Source: Macrostomum lignano
Lineage: Eukaryota
Assembly (NCBI GenBank): GCA_002269645.1
Contig: NIVC01001715.1
Coordinates: forward strand, 156,439 to 220,438
Length of the DNA: 64,000 nucleotides
Direction of reading: 5' to 3'
Each line of letters opens with the position of its first letter. The first letter of the stretch is position 1. The notes beneath the pieces are model-generated. The model was given only the letters and a program-made list of their open reading frames with translations. It did not search any database and was not told where the DNA came from. Shown in pieces: positions 23,401-42,270 of this stretch. Position numbers and translations under genes: made by a program.

Positions 23401-24584
23401 CTTGAAGCGCACATCTCGGTCTCGCTGAGCAATTGAGTCCTCCGGTCTGGCTTTCTGGTGTAGCAGCTTCAGGTTGAAGCAGAGCTCACGCAGTGTCTCG
23501 GCATCTCCACGTTTTTTCGCGTAGAAGTCGCTCATGGCCTTAAAGCTGTCGGCTTCGCCTCCATAAAACTTTGTGAGGTCCTCCTTTATACTTTTAAAAC
23601 TCTTTTGTCTTGTCTCGGCCAGGTCCCAGACGACCAGTTGGGCTTCTCCCATGAGCAGCAGCTTCACCTTCGACGCTGAGGTCGCGTCGTCCCATTTCGC
23701 ATCGTTGGCGAATTCCTCAAAGATGCGCAGCCACTTTCTCACGTCAGTGCCGTCTGTTCCACTGAACTTTGGCGGTAGAAGGGTGTTCTTGGCCATGAGT
23801 GCACTTGCACTGGGTTCTCGCTGCCACCAATGTAAGAGCCGAGAATTTAGGGTTAGTTTACGATGTATATTTTGATGCACGATAATTTACGAGCGATTAA
23901 ATAGTCAGCGATGATATATCGATTAAAGTGACTCACCCAACTGGGGTGGTGGGCATGTACAGAGAAGAAAGCGAGATGCAAGTACATATACTAATATAGC
24001 AGCCCCCACCCCGACGGACCAAACCAAACGCAACCCTACAGTTGTTTGATAGGGGCGTTTGATGGAGTTGTTTGATGAGGATGTTTGATGGGGACATTTG
24101 ATGGAGATGTTTGATGGGGACGTTTGATGGAATTGTGTTTGATGGGGACGTTTGATGAGGATTTTTGATGGGGACGTTTGATGGAGATGTTTGATGGGGA
24201 CGTTTGGTGGGGATGTTTGATGGGGAAGTTTGATGTAGATATTTGGAGACGTTTGATGGAGATGCTTGAGGGAGCTGTTTAGAGGGCTTAAGAGAGAATT
24301 TTCCGCTGTGTTGGCCTCTGTCAAAACGTGTCAATTATTGATGACAAATTAATGACAATTTTTGGTGACAAAACTTGTTTAAATAATATCCTTCTGTCAG
24401 GTGCGTCATCTGCATGGTGGACTACGTGGAAGGCGACCGGCTCCGCTCCCTGCCTTGCACGCACACCTACCACAAGGACTGCATCGATGACTGGTTGATG
24501 CGATCCTTCGCCTGTCCGTCCTGCAACCAGCCAGTGGATGCCACCCTGCTAACCACATTTGCATCTAGCGCGGCCAATCATTGA
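17405..24584 (+). CDS. RNF11: RING-H2 E3 ligase RNF11; exons 17405-17560, 18508-18680, 24401-24584 (~170 aa)
   Basis: MGN myristoylation start; PPLY (PPxY) motif; QLSEEEQIKIAKRIGLISHLP; CVICMVDYVEGDRLRSLPCTHTYHKDCIDDWLMRSFACPSC. Phases 0 and 2 are consistent. Confidence 0.93.
19333..22987 (-). CDS. pol: Gypsy Pol (protease, RT, RNase H, integrase with GPF domain), entered by -1 frameshift; two 1-nt lesions at ~20841-20876
   Basis: LLDTGA; YIDD; CDSS and VFTDHKP; H...H...CLVC zinc finger; LDIKGP, SDQG, GNVERFN; WSGPF. Confidence 0.95.
22939..22987 (-). promoter_or_regulatory. Programmed -1 ribosomal frameshift signal (G GGA AAC, 6-nt spacer, hairpin)
   Basis: The heptamer is in the correct phase in gag (..P G N F stop). 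It is followed by GGGTTGGTG/CACCAACCC (9 bp) with an inner GGGT/ACCC stem. Confidence 0.88.
22975..23796 (-). CDS. gag: Gypsy Gag (273 aa) with two CCHC zinc knuckles
   Basis: MAKNTLLPPKFSG...; CFNCGQLGHPAAQC and CHKCSGRGHKASVC. Confidence 0.92.
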   Translation of the reverse strand: MAKNTLLPPKFSGTDGTDVRKWLRIFEEFANDAKWDDATSASKVKLLLMGEAQLVVWDLAETRQKSFKSIKEDLTKFYGGEADSFKAMSDFYAKKRGDAETLRELCFNLKLLHQKARPEDSIAQRDRDVRFKLLQLLKADIRDNLLKAEDAETCSLETLLQRAARLEELAGRRSVAAVGAVSATSSAEPSEDRLDRLEKRMEELIARVSVQSGTDTRRRRQQRGGGCFNCGQLGHPAAQCQQREKQQGPIICHKCSGRGHKASVCPSKAPGNF

Positions 24585-24749
24585 CTGTCCGGTTAGTGAT
24601 AGCACTTGTTCAGCTTGGTTAATTTGCTAAATATCGCCTCGGATTTTAGAGCATCAAACAATGGGTCCTGATTTTGTCAAGTATGAGCGTCGCCTTTTTG
24701 TTATAGATATTATCGCTCGTATTACTTAATACTGTTTCTAAATTGACAC

Positions 24750-24990
24750 AGCACCATATTCAACCGACACAGTAACATCCGAAACTGACACAGCATCATC
24801 CCTAACTGACACAGCATCATCCCTCACTGACACAGCATCATCCCTAACTGACACAGCATCATCCCTCACTGACACAGCATCATCCCTAACTGACACAGCA
24901 TCATCCCTCACTGATACAGCATCATCCCTAACTGACACAGCATCATCCCTAACTGACACAGCATCATCCTTCACTGATACAGCATCATTC
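24750..24990. repeat. 21-bp minisatellite (actgacacagcatcatcccta/ctc), about 11 copies with alternating variants
   Basis: Directly visible. Confidence 0.95.
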
Positions 24991-25337
24991 GCAACTAAAA
25001 CCGCATTATCATTGGATTATGGTAACTAAGCTGTTGCTATGCTGTTTTATGTTGCTCGATGGTCATTGAGTAGCTGATGATTAAAATACTGCTTCTAGGA
25101 ATTCAAACATTTTGATAATAACTTTGTCTGAGAATCTGTTTTGCCATCTGCTTTTACAAGCAGCCGAGTCTGTTGTGTTGTAGATACTATAGTGGTATGT
25201 CTTTCAGTTTCCATGCCAACTAAAACTGCCGCTAGAAACCAGCTCGATTAAGAAAAAAATTAGTCTGTGTGCTATTTATCAACGATCTTTGTTTAAATCT
25301 GTGTAAATACTGTACTTTTAATTATGCTACTCTTTTG

Positions 25338-25629
25338 TTAGAGGCAGGGGGCTTTGTGCTCCATTGTCACACAACCGGCGAGAGGCATCGCTGCCCATTC
25401 CGCCGACTCCCCTGAGCAGGCACACAAGCGCGCGGATACGTACGCAGTCATACGCACAGGCACACACACACACACACAGGAGTGTACAGCGGCCCTAACT
25501 TTATTTATAGTTAGGCATGTACACTTCACTGTGCCTTGGGGGTTGGCCCTCAAGGACGTTAACTGCACGAGCAGAGCCTGGGCCGCTGTCACATAAAGTA
25601 CCGCGCCAGACCACTGGGATACGTCCCCC
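25338..25629 (-). mobile_element. SINE family A copy (internal deletion in the 5' half)
   Basis: Shares a body with 26655-27002 and 48787-49140; tRNA-like head at the right end. Confidence 0.85.
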
Positions 25630-26654
25630 CATATTATGATACTCTATAAAAGTACCTATTTTTACATGAAATTAAGGACGCGTCTGCAATTAAGAACTGT
25701 AATTAAGCTTTTTATTTTGTAAAAAATATCAATATTCTTTGTTAAAGCAGCTCTTTCATGGCTTTCTTTGTCCGCTGTGTGTGAGCAAGGCGCCACATCA
25801 TTTACTTCACTTTTTCGACATAACAATTAAGTACACCAAGTCATTTTTGGCACTGTACAATCTGCGCATCACTTTGGTATCATTTTGCAAATACATATTC
25901 AGATTCAGATGTTTTATTAACTCTAACACATTTTGTCTAGTTGCTTTTTCTGTCAAGTCAGTTTGACACAAATCTATCTAGCAATTCGCATCGCATACTT
26001 TTTTAAGTAGGATACTCAAGATAGACGAGTGCGCGTGCGTCGCTTTTTTTGTGCGGCGCTTTTCACTTTATATTTTCGCCCTGATTTTTCCGCTTTAAAT
26101 TGCTTTTCATCACGGTAGCTTAGCAATGACATTTCTCGTGTGTTTATTATAACAACTCACTAAATTTTCCTGTATGTTCTTTAATGTTTTTGAGCATGTG
26201 TAGATTTCTGTGTCCAAAAATGGCTGTTAATACATATATATATATATAGAGCATTTAGAAACTCTTAAAAATTGAGGCGATATGTTTCGAAATCAATGTA
26301 AATTTTTGTTGAACTCAAAGTCAATTGAAAACGTGAAAATAATGTCTAGTCTAATCTATGATGAACTTTGTCATGCAAACTGTACGAATGTATGAATATA
26401 CCTTATCTGCTATTGTTAACATAATTTTCTCGTATTTCTTTGATTCACGCTATTACATGTTGTTTGATTGTCATTGAAAGTTAAAGTGTGAGTACTTGCA
26501 CACTGTAAGGTAGACAGTGTGATGATATAGAATGCTTATTAATTTGGCCTTACGAGCGACTGAGTCAGCATTGTTAAAATAGAAATTGTTAAAATGGAAG
26601 CGGAAAGTTTTTTGTTATAAATTTAAATTTGAAGCGTCTTATCGTCGTTTTTGA

Positions 26655-27002
26655 TTATTAGAGGCAGGACTGTGTGCACCCCAGTGGCGCACTTTAAGCG
26701 ACATTGTCACACAATTCTGCCTACTCCCCTGAGCAGGCACACAAGTGCGCGGATACGTACGCAGTCATACGCACAGGCACACACTCACACAGGAGTGTAC
26801 AGCGGCCCTAACTGTATTTATCGTTAGGCATGTACACTTCACGGTGTGTCTTGGGGGTTGGCCCTCAAGGCCGTTAATTGCACGAGCAGAGCCAAGCTGA
26901 GATTCCAATTTAGTCCCAAATTAATGTGACTCATGCACTTGGAATCGAGCCTGGGCCGCTACAGTACATCAGGCGCCGCGCTAAACCACTGGGCACGGCC
27001 CC
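26655..27002 (-). mobile_element. SINE family A, tRNA-derived head
   Basis: Head ggggccgtgcccagtggtttagcgc (A-box-like) and gctcgattcc (B-box-like); 3' cctgcctctaataa tail. Confidence 0.88.
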
Positions 27003-27569
27003 ATTGTTCCGACTCTAACGCGGCTCAATCAATGCGGTTTTCCTAATTGGAATCACGGAAGACTTTTTATTGATTCTCAAAGAACTTCTTTTGCAAAAGA
27101 GTAAGCTTTTTCTTGTCATTTTCTGTCACAAAAATCTGACAAAAAGGACACACCCTAAGCAAGAGGTTGCAATACAGTCCTTACATTTGTTGTCATTAGC
27201 AACGCAACACAAACTTCAAACGTACCGGATTTCAAGCGATCTACATATCTTTTGCGACAAGAAGTATAATGGCTAACTGTGTGCATGCAAGTAAAGTTAC
27301 AGGCAGATTGAGTTTCGTCACAGAACGATGAACAATTTTTAAGGGTATCGGCTTCCCAATCTGCCCATCGTGTAGGTAAAGATTACGAGCTGTACATTTA
27401 GGGCATGCTAAACGATGCAAGCAAGCATATTATGGCAACTTCTTGTTTGCCCTTAAATAAAAACATTCTAAGCCTCAAGCCTCAACTCAAAGACTACACT
27501 AAAGTGGATTTATATGTTACTTCAGTCGTCCTTGTTTCAACTGAGCTTCTGTCATTACCAAACCTCTTT

Positions 27570-28372
27570 GGTCCCCCCAGTGAGGCAGACACTGTGACTC
27601 TTCAGTGAGGCGTCACTGCAGACACTGCGGCTCTTCAGTGAGGCGTCGCTGCAGACACTGTGGCTCTTGAGTGAGGCGTCACTGCAGACACTGCGGCTCT
27701 TCAGTGAGGCGTCACTGCAGACACTGCGGCTCTTCAGTGAGGCGTCACTGCAGACACTGTGACTCTTCAGTGAGGCGTCACTGCAGACACTGCGGCTCTT
27801 GAGTGAGGCGTCACTGCAGACACTGCGGCTCTTCAGTGAGGCGTCACTGCAGACACTGTGACTCTTCAGTGAGGCGTCACTGCAGACACTGTGACTCTTG
27901 AGTGAGGCGTCACTGCAGACACTGCGGCTCTTGAGTGAGGCGTCACTGCAGACACTGCGGCTCTTGAGTGAGGCGTCACTGCAGACACTGCGGCTCTTCA
28001 GTGAGGCGTCGCTGCAGACACTGTGGCTCTTGAGTGAGGCGTCACTGCAGACACTGCGGCTCTTCAGTGAGGCGTCACTGCAGACACTGCGGCTCTTCAG
28101 TGAGGCGTCACTGCAGACACTGTGGCTCTTGAGTGACGCGTCACCATGCAGACACTGTGGCTCTTGAGTGACGCGTCACCATGCAGACACTGCGGCTCTT
28201 CAGTGAGGCGTCACTGCAGACACTGACTCTTCAGTGGGGCGTCACTCGATACACTGTGGCTCTTCAGTGAGGCGTCACTGCAGACACTGCGGCTCTTGAG
28301 TGACGCGTCACCATGCAGACACTGCGGCTCTTCAATGAGGCGTCACTGCAGACACTGTGACTCTTCAGTGAG
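27570..28372. repeat. 33-bp minisatellite (cagtgaggcgtcactgcagacactgcggctctt), about 24 copies, each with a CAGTGA-ggcg-TCACTG hairpin
   Basis: Directly visible; 11-aa periodic ORFs confirm the period. Confidence 0.95.
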
Positions 28373-29476
28373 GCACCCCTGCTCTCGCAACTCTCAGCCT
28401 GTATTTCTGCCGCAGCTCGAAGCTGCAACCTTTTAACAGCAAGGTACACTAAAGCTCAGCTTGAGTTTCACGTGCTCACTGGTGCTGCAATAGCTAGATG
28501 CATTAGCTGTAGCAGCTGCAAGGTCAGGCAAAGCCAAGCATATAGCTCGAGCTAAAAGGTTCGACGACTTGCTTCGCGATATTCTGTTTGTTCTCTGCTT
28601 TTCTCGCCTTCGCTTGTTCTGCTTGTGTGCGCTCCGCGGTCCAGTACCAAAAAAGTCAACCGGACCTCGAAGTCAAGAGGGAAACTTGATACAAAGGAAA
28701 AAAACTGAGCAGTGCTGGGGAGGTTTGAAAAAACACGGATGGCTTGGCAGAGACTGCCAAAATAAGCCACGATGAGGCACAAGCAGGTACTTGGCTGTAG
28801 GGTCTGGGGAAGGGGATTTAGCAGTGAACTCGAGACAGAACTGGATAGCTGAACGAGTTCGATTCGAGCAGTATTCCTGGCTAAAGAAATTTCGGATCAC
28901 CTTGCTATTATGTTGCCAAGGGGGAAGGGGAAGATTATACAATGGCTATGGGAGTTATTATCCTCTCATTTGGTTGTCCCGTGTTCATAGGGCTGATCGA
29001 TGCCATCTAGCCCTCGAGGATGATGGAAGCCACGATAATAAGAAGTAATTAAGCTGTACTCGCAGCTCTGACAGTTCGACGTTCGTCTCTCTCAGTTTGC
29101 TTTGCTTGCCAGCATAAAAATAGAAGTCTTCAAATGTCATCTCTCTCCCTCGAATAAACAGTTATTATGAGTTTGGTGATATATAGAGATATTGAATTGC
29201 AATGATTTCATGCCATAATTGGGAAATGTTTCACTTCCTTTCAGCAAGACCTTAGTGCCTATCGTCCCACGCTGTACGCTCATTATTCAGAGCTTCGAAC
29301 TCATTGTTCAAGGCTACAAAAAATTCAAGAGACAAGGTGCTTTTGCATGTCGTTTTGTCATAGTCTTCATTCTTCAATTCGAGTTTCGAGTCGAGTTTTA
29401 TCGAGCAGTCCGGCAATACCAAGAATCCAAAATTTCGATTTCAAAAATAAATTTCAGCCATTTTCATCAATTCTAG

Positions 29477-29967
<491 letters not shown>

Positions 29968-30699
29968 AATGCGAACTGACTTGGAGAGTAAATACGGAAG
30001 AGATTATGCTAAGCTACAATTAACCCAGTTGGATTGTACGAAGCTCCCACGCAAGAAGAATGCCTACGATCTGCTTGTCTGTTCGAGAGTCCTAATTTAG
30101 TCTCAACAGATAGAATTTCAGCTGAAGAAGAACGGCAAAGAGGTTAGTGATTGTAATTGCTGTCCCTCTCTACTCTGAATGCAGCTAACAGAGTTGTTCG
30201 TCCCGACTGTTTTGCTTTCAGCTAACTGTATAACTGCTGCACTGACTTGGGCGGAGCACAGATGTCAGCTTTGCTTCAATACTTCTCTTGCTTGAGCCTT
30301 TCGGCTTTGGAGCTTATTGTTAAAACTTACTTAGATAATATTCTTGCGATAGTATATCTTGCCATCTGCGATCTTACAGTTAGTCTGATCTCTACGGCAC
30401 AGACAGATTTTGCTCGACCGTTTAAATGTACTATCGATGCGTGAGTATATGCGTTTCTTACCGCGGCCAACCAGGCTCATTTCTAAGAAAGTCGAATTCA
30501 GCGTCCTTCTACTGTTCACTATGCACAGGTGTAGTTGACAAGTTGGCTTTTACTTGTATCAAATATCTGCCGAGGCCTGGATATCATATTTTTCATCTGT
30601 CTCATTAGTGTGACCAGCCATGTCTTTGGTCATATTCAGTGATTTTATCAATATTTGAACCGGTTTAATATTATGTGAAAAAAATATGTGAACAACTGC

Positions 30700-30960
30700 G
30701 AGAGGCTTTACGTTTCTCATTAACAACCACGAGGCTTCTCGTTTCTCATCAACAACCGCGAGAAGCTTCTCGTTTCTCATCAACAACCGCGATGCTTCTC
30801 GTTTCTCATCAGCAACTGCGAGGCTTCTCGTTTCTCATCAGCAACTGCGATGCTTCTCGTTTCTCATCAACAACCGCGATGCTTCTCGTTCCTCATCAAC
30901 AACCGCGATGCTTCTCGTTTCACGTCAACAAAACATTAGCTACCCGTTTCACGTCAACAA
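30700..30960. repeat. 29-31 bp minisatellite (cgtttctcatcaacaaccgcgatgcttct)
   Basis: Directly visible. Confidence 0.9.
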
Positions 30961-31235
30961 CACAATGAGCGTCTTATACGAGCTATCTCATCAACAACAG
31001 CAATCTCGTCAACAAACCCAAGTGTTTATCCTCTCTAATCCACACACCTCAGCTCTCCCCTCTGTTACCGCGGCCGCTATAGATGACCTATCTCGAAGCT
31101 TGAAGCTGTGTGGTTTCTTGTCTAATTAATGACTTCGAGATTAACATTGCATATAGTTGCAAAGAAGAAACAGTCGACTAAAGTGACCAGTGTCAGCATG
31201 CATTTAGCCAAAACAGAATAATCAATAGACTGGGA

Positions 31236-35690
<4,455 letters not shown>

Positions 35691-36059
35691 TAGTGAGTTC
35701 TATAATCTTCTGCGCTTGATTGATTGGAGCCTGACAGAAATATTTAGTAGAATGCTAACTTTGAGCTGACCAAGGGAAATCTGTCCATATTGTTATATAC
35801 CGGTAGAGAGAAACTACTAGCGTTGTCTAGACTTGTTTTCTCATGAATAGTTCCCGTAAACGACCTACTTTTTCTGTAGCAGAGATCTGTAAACAGGCCG
35901 GCTGCAGCGAGTCCATAATAATTGATATTCCCGACTCTGCGAGAAGATCGCAGAGTCGGCGCGTTAGTCAGCCTTTTCATTAAGTATCTCAACACTAGTT
36001 GAAAGCTTCCTAAATAAACGGTCATTTGTTTGAGTCAATATTCAGCTGAGTAAGTTGTT

Positions 36060-36620
36060 TGACTCATTCCTTTTTCCAGTAGATTTTTTTGTCTGCTTAG
36101 TCCTTTAATCGAGTGGCTCTTTGGTTGAGTAGTCTCTCCGTGCAGTAGTCATTCGATCGAGTTATTCCCTTGATCCAATAGTCATTTCGTCGAATATTCT
36201 CTTGATCCAATAGTCATTTGGTTGAGTAGTCTTTGACCAAGTAGTCATTTAGCTAAGTAGTCTCTTGATCCAGTAGTCCTCTTATCAAGTGGTTTTTGTT
36301 TGACTGGAGCTTTTATCGAGTAGGAGTTTCCTCAAGTAGTTATTTTGTCGAGTAGTCACTCGACCGAGAAGTCATTTGACCAAGTAGATCTTTTGACCGA
36401 GTAGGTCTTTTGAGTAGTAATTTGGTCGAGTAATCATTTGACCGAGTAGATCATTTGACAGAGTAGGTCTTTTGAGTAGTAGTTTGGTCGAGTAATCAGT
36501 TGACCGAGTAGTCATTTGTTCACGTAGTTCTTTGGTTGAGTAGTCTTTTGGTCTAGAAGCTTGTTAGTTAAAGTGTCTGTTGGTCAATAAGTCCCTTGGT
36601 CAAGTACATGTAGTCCTTTA
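36060..36620. repeat. Highly degenerate tandem repeat built on gagtagtcatttg/gaccgagtag
   Basis: Recurrent motif with irregular period. Confidence 0.7.
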
Positions 36621-38444
36621 GTACTCGTATCTCAGACGAGAGTCAAAAATACAAGTATACTACATGTATATTGACAATTCGTATTACAATGCCTAACACG
36701 GATGATCTCAATAAGTCGTTATTCGTCAGACAAAGGGAAACAGATCAGAAGATTAGAACAATCAGTAAATTTCCAACCTTAGACTGCTAGTACTCGTATG
36801 CACTGAATGGGAAGCTTTTGTGTCTTTCAAAATGCACTGGCAAGAGAATTGTAATAATGAGAACAATCGATTGAGACAGGTTTAGCTTTCATGCCCCCCC
36901 CCCTCTGCCGAACACCCTGATTTCCTGTTCATGTCGACGAACAAAAGAGCAACTTCTTCAATTGCTTTTTATCATTGCTACAATAATTGCTAGAGACAGT
37001 TCGTGAAAGTCGTAGGGTTAAATGTCTATCGTAGTACAAAGCAGTGTACAATTAGAAAGTTAGGGGCGCTGTACACCCTTCCATCTACTGCTAGTAGAAA
37101 GTAAAGTATTTGATATTCTTCAGCCGAATCTCATTAGCGCTAATGGCCCCTGCCCGGCTCGCGTTGCAAGCCTATTAACGGTAGCTTAGAAAACCAAGTC
37201 AGCAACTGTTCTGAACTTGTCACACAAGTCATGAATGACATAATTTCTGCATCAAGATTAACCGCACAGGCTTTACCAAGTCCAGTCAAGTACAGGTAAG
37301 ATCTGGCACATATCAAATGGCTTTCTTGCCAAACAATCCATCATTTGTCTTCGTGTGTTGAATAAATCCCTCTGCAATCGATAGAGTGTTGGGTCCATCT
37401 TGATAAGCATTTTTCTCTGCACACATATTCGCAAATGAATGGGCTTTGCTAGACTTGCCATCTAGTAGCGAGCCAATGCCCTGTATTCATGGGGAACTTT
37501 GGCTTTAGAATTTGTCGGCAACATCAAAAGAATCTTCGTATATGTGCGCTCAGCAGAATCGAACCAGCAACTGATAATTCTACACCAAAGCGAAGCGCAG
37601 AGAGTTAACGCATGCAGGTTAAAGGCTGTAATGATCTAGAAACGACACTATAAAAGCTACCTAGCGTAAAAGCCTCTGGAGACTTTTTACAGTGTATCTC
37701 TCCCTGGTCTTACCTTTCCCAATTAAGAGAGGTTTCGAGCTTTAACCTACAGAGCAGGTACCTGCTTGTCGGCTGCTGCCAATTCTTCTTACCTGTCAAA
37801 ACGAGAGTGAAGAGTCAAGAGGAAATTCTCTGTCAGCGTCACTTAGGCTGCTGCAGACTAATTATTGAATACCTGCCTAGCAACTTAGCTGCCCCATGCA
37901 AATTAACTTTAAATGGAGGGTTTGTACTAAGAGACGTCGTTTTATTATCCTAGCCGTTAAAAAAATTGGACCCATATTAGAGATCAGGTCAGTTGACCCC
38001 TCATCTACGAAGCCAATATACATAGTCAGAGGTCAATTGACCCCTCATTAATGGAACAAATGCAGATAATCACGGAGGTCATTTGAGCCCTCCTAAGTTA
38101 TGATGAACTGAAAAATATCTTAGTTTGTATTGCTTGAATTCTCTGGCTATAAATTTGTTGAAATTGAGAAGAAAAACTCATTTAATTCCTTTATCTGACG
38201 GGAAGCTCGCGTCTAGAGTCTCGGGATTTGTGGGATTATCTTCCCGCTGTCACCTCCGCAGTTTCATGCCAGGACGAGTCGATCATGAGTGCCATATAAA
38301 GCCGTCGCAAAACTGACCCTCCTGAGGCATCCTTAATATTTATTTGAATTTTTCGACTTCGGGTAGAAAGCATTTCCTGACGGATCAGAGCAGCTACTTC
38401 AGAAAATCCATAACTTTAGAGATGGAAGTTAAGCTCAAAAGGGA

Positions 38445-39547
<1,103 letters not shown>

Positions 39548-40379
39548 ATTCACACATGAATGACACACATAAATACCTACAATCGCAAGTCTATAAAGTT
39601 AAGCTGAAATTCCCAAAGCTAGAAATTAGCCCAGACAGAGGGAATCATTACTTGCGATGCTGACAGGATTTGCAGTCAGCCAATTCCAAATGCAGGCGAC
39701 TTCTGTTTAACAAGCGACGGCTCTTCAGCAGTGCTGAAAAGGAAGAAGGCATTAAGGAGATGCAGAGCGAACACTTAAGTAGCGAGAAGAAGAGAAATTG
39801 GCAGAGAGCTCGCGCTTTACAGACGAGCCAACTACATTTAGGCCCATTGACGTTCTTTTTTATTTTGCCTCTTCTTCTCCAAGCTAAAGATCTAAAGCAA
39901 AACACGAACTAGGAGAAACTGCTAATAGTGCAAAGTTGCATAAAGCAAAATTTTTGTCTAGAACTGTCAGAGCCAGCTCACTTCATCGTATGGCGACAAA
40001 GTGCTTGTAAAAATTCTGTCGGTTCCTACAACCATACATATCGTTACGAGTATATATGCATATGCTTTGACACATTAAACCCATTTGCACTTATAAACTA
40101 ATCTACAGAAACTCATCCCGGGGCTGAGATTGCCGCCACATTAATTTGGGGATCGTGAGCATGAAAGTTGGCCTGGGGCTTGTCGTGTCATTCATTCACC
40201 AACCATCTTGGCACAGAGAAATCCTCGAGCTGTGCACCCTTGTGTGAGCGTGCTGCTTGCCTCTATTGTCGGGTCGAAAACCCTGTTTGATGTTCAATTT
40301 CAGAAGCATTGGAAGTCTTAAATGATCGAACTTGACCGGGTCAGCGACAATTGACTTCCTGCTGACCCCTAGGAATAAT

Positions 40380-40862
40380 CTAGCCTGAACCCTAACATAA
40401 AACTCTAACTCTAACCTAAAGCAAAATCCCAAACCTACTCTAACCCTATTTCTAATCTAAACCATTTAACAATAACTTAAACCCAAACCTAAACCTAACA
40501 ATAACCTAAACCCTAGCCCTAATCCTAAGCCCGAACCTTAAATTAAACCCTGAACCTAACCCTAACCTAAATATATACTAACCTAAACACTAACCGGAAC
40601 GCTGATCTAAACCCCTAGATCCTAAACGTAACCTAAATCCCCAAGCCCCTAAACCTAGCCTAAACATCCAAATCCGAAACCTGACCTAAAATGCTAGATC
40701 CTAAACCTAACCAAAACCCCTAGCTCCTAAACCTAAACCTAAACCTAAACCCCTAGATCCTAAACCTAAACCAAAACCCCTAGCTCCTAAACCTAACCTA
40801 AACCCATAGCTCCTAAACCTAACCTAAATGTAAACCCCCAGATCCTAAAACTAACCTAAACC
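40380..40862. repeat. Degenerate telomere-like (TAACCC/TAAACC) array
   Basis: Many ccctaa/cctaaa units with 29-36 bp higher-order repeats at the right end. Confidence 0.8.
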
Positions 40863-41524
40863 GCGACATTCGGCGTCACGATGGCGAACAGCCAATCAGA
40901 GAGGCTCAACGGTAGGGGTTATGATTTTATTATCCAGAGTGCTAGAGAGCTGCCCGTATACAGGCTGGCCAAAATGGCATTTAGCCTGGGGCACAGCTGA
41001 CAGAAGTGGAGACGATACAGGCAGTACAGGCGTCCTCGCGGGACCAAAGCGGAGCTCCGAGAATTTCAACTCAAAAAATGTGAGTCCACACTACTGAAAA
41101 CAAGCTTAGCAATAATTTTTTATTACTGAAATTAATTTAGTTGCAGACAGAATTTTTATCTGCATGCGCATGGAGGGTCGAGATGGTTTCATTTGTGTAT
41201 GCACGGCTGTCTTGTTAATTATGAATAGGAAAAAAAGTATGTTACCGGTTCCTAACGCTTAAATTAATTAGCTCGTATCTTTTCGTGGAAACAGGAATGA
41301 ATATGAATTTCAACAAAAATTGGAAAAAATTATATTTAAACAAATTTTGCTTTTTGCTTTGCGACTCGAATTTTTATTCTTCTTTCCTGTAAATCTAATT
41401 TATCAAAAAAATGCTTTATGGTTACTCATTATAAACTTTTGTTATAGTATACAAATTCGTGATTGTTAAGTTTCAATGCTTCACCAGCTCATAAATTTAA
41501 ATTTGAAGATATTAATTTTTTAGA

Positions 41525-42270
41525 AAGGGAGAGAGAGAGAGATCAAGCGGGAGAAAGAGATCAGGCGGGAGAGAGAGAGATCAAGCGGAAAAAAGAGAGA
41601 TCAAGCGGAAGAGAGAGATCAAGTGGAAGAAAGAGAGATCAAATGGAAGAAAGAGATCAAGCGGAAGAGAGAGATCAAGCGGAAGAAAGAGATCAAGCGG
41701 AAGAAAGAGATCAAGCGGAAGAAAGAGATCAAGCGGAAGAAAGAGATCAAGCGGGAGAGAGAGATCAAGCGGGAGAGAGATCAAGCGGGAGAGAGAGATC
41801 AAGCGGGAGAGAGATCAAGCGGGAGAGAGAGATCAAGCGGGAGAGAGATCAAGCGGGAGAGAGATCAAGCGGGAGAGAGATCAAGCGGGAGAGAGATCAA
41901 GCGGGAGAGAGATCAAGCGGGAGAGAGATCAAGCGGGAGAAAGAGATCAAGCGGAAGAAAGAGATCAAGCGGAAGAAAGAGATCAAGCGGAAGAAAGAGA
42001 TCAAGCGGAGGAGAGAGATCAAGCGGAAGAAAGAGATCAAGCGGAAGAAAGAGATCAAGCGGGAGAGAGAGAGATCAAGCGGAAGAAAGAGATCAAGCGG
42101 GAGAGAGAGATCAAGCGGGAGAGAGATCAAGCGGGAGAGAGATCAAGCGGGAGAGAGATCAAGCGGGAGAGAGATCAAGCGGGAGAGAGATCAAGCGGGA
42201 GAGAGATCAAGCGGGAGAGAGATCAAGCGGGAGAGAGATCAAGCGGGAGAAAGAGATCAGGCGGGAGAGA
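41525..42270. repeat. Purine-rich 16-20 bp minisatellite (gagagatcaagcgg[g/a]aga)
   Basis: Directly visible. Confidence 0.95.

Larger units (their letters stand above)
19015..24040 (-). mobile_element. Ty3/Gypsy LTR retrotransposon, 5026 bp, in RNF11 intron 2 and antisense to the gene
   Basis: 210-bp LTRs (19015-19224 and 23831-24040) with TG...CA ends appear identical by eye; 4-bp TSD gttg; PBS TGGTGGCAGCG (tRNA-Leu-like) next to the 5' LTR; PPT GGGGGAGAGTGA next to the 3' LTR; PR-RT-RH-IN order. Confidence 0.97.
18760..24270. repeat. Degenerate tttgatg(g/a)-based ~15-bp minisatellite (18760-19014 and 24041-24270) split by the Gypsy insertion
   Basis: The same repeat units flank both LTRs. 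Confidence 0.85.

Noticed and set aside
23797-23880. Gag start at the LTR-derived MHQNIH...
   Set aside because: It runs through the LTR and PBS. The ATG at 23796 is the plausible start.
37900-38340. Repeated ggtca(a/t)ttgacccc motifs suggesting a piggyBac-like MITE
   Set aside because: I could not find matching TIRs with a TTAA duplication at both ends.
39648-39912. Short overlapping ORFs after the GACA array, and similar coding-like stretches at 28550-29050, 37270-37460 and 42700-42900
   Set aside because: No recognisable motifs, internal stops in the coding-like frames, and no convincing splice chain.
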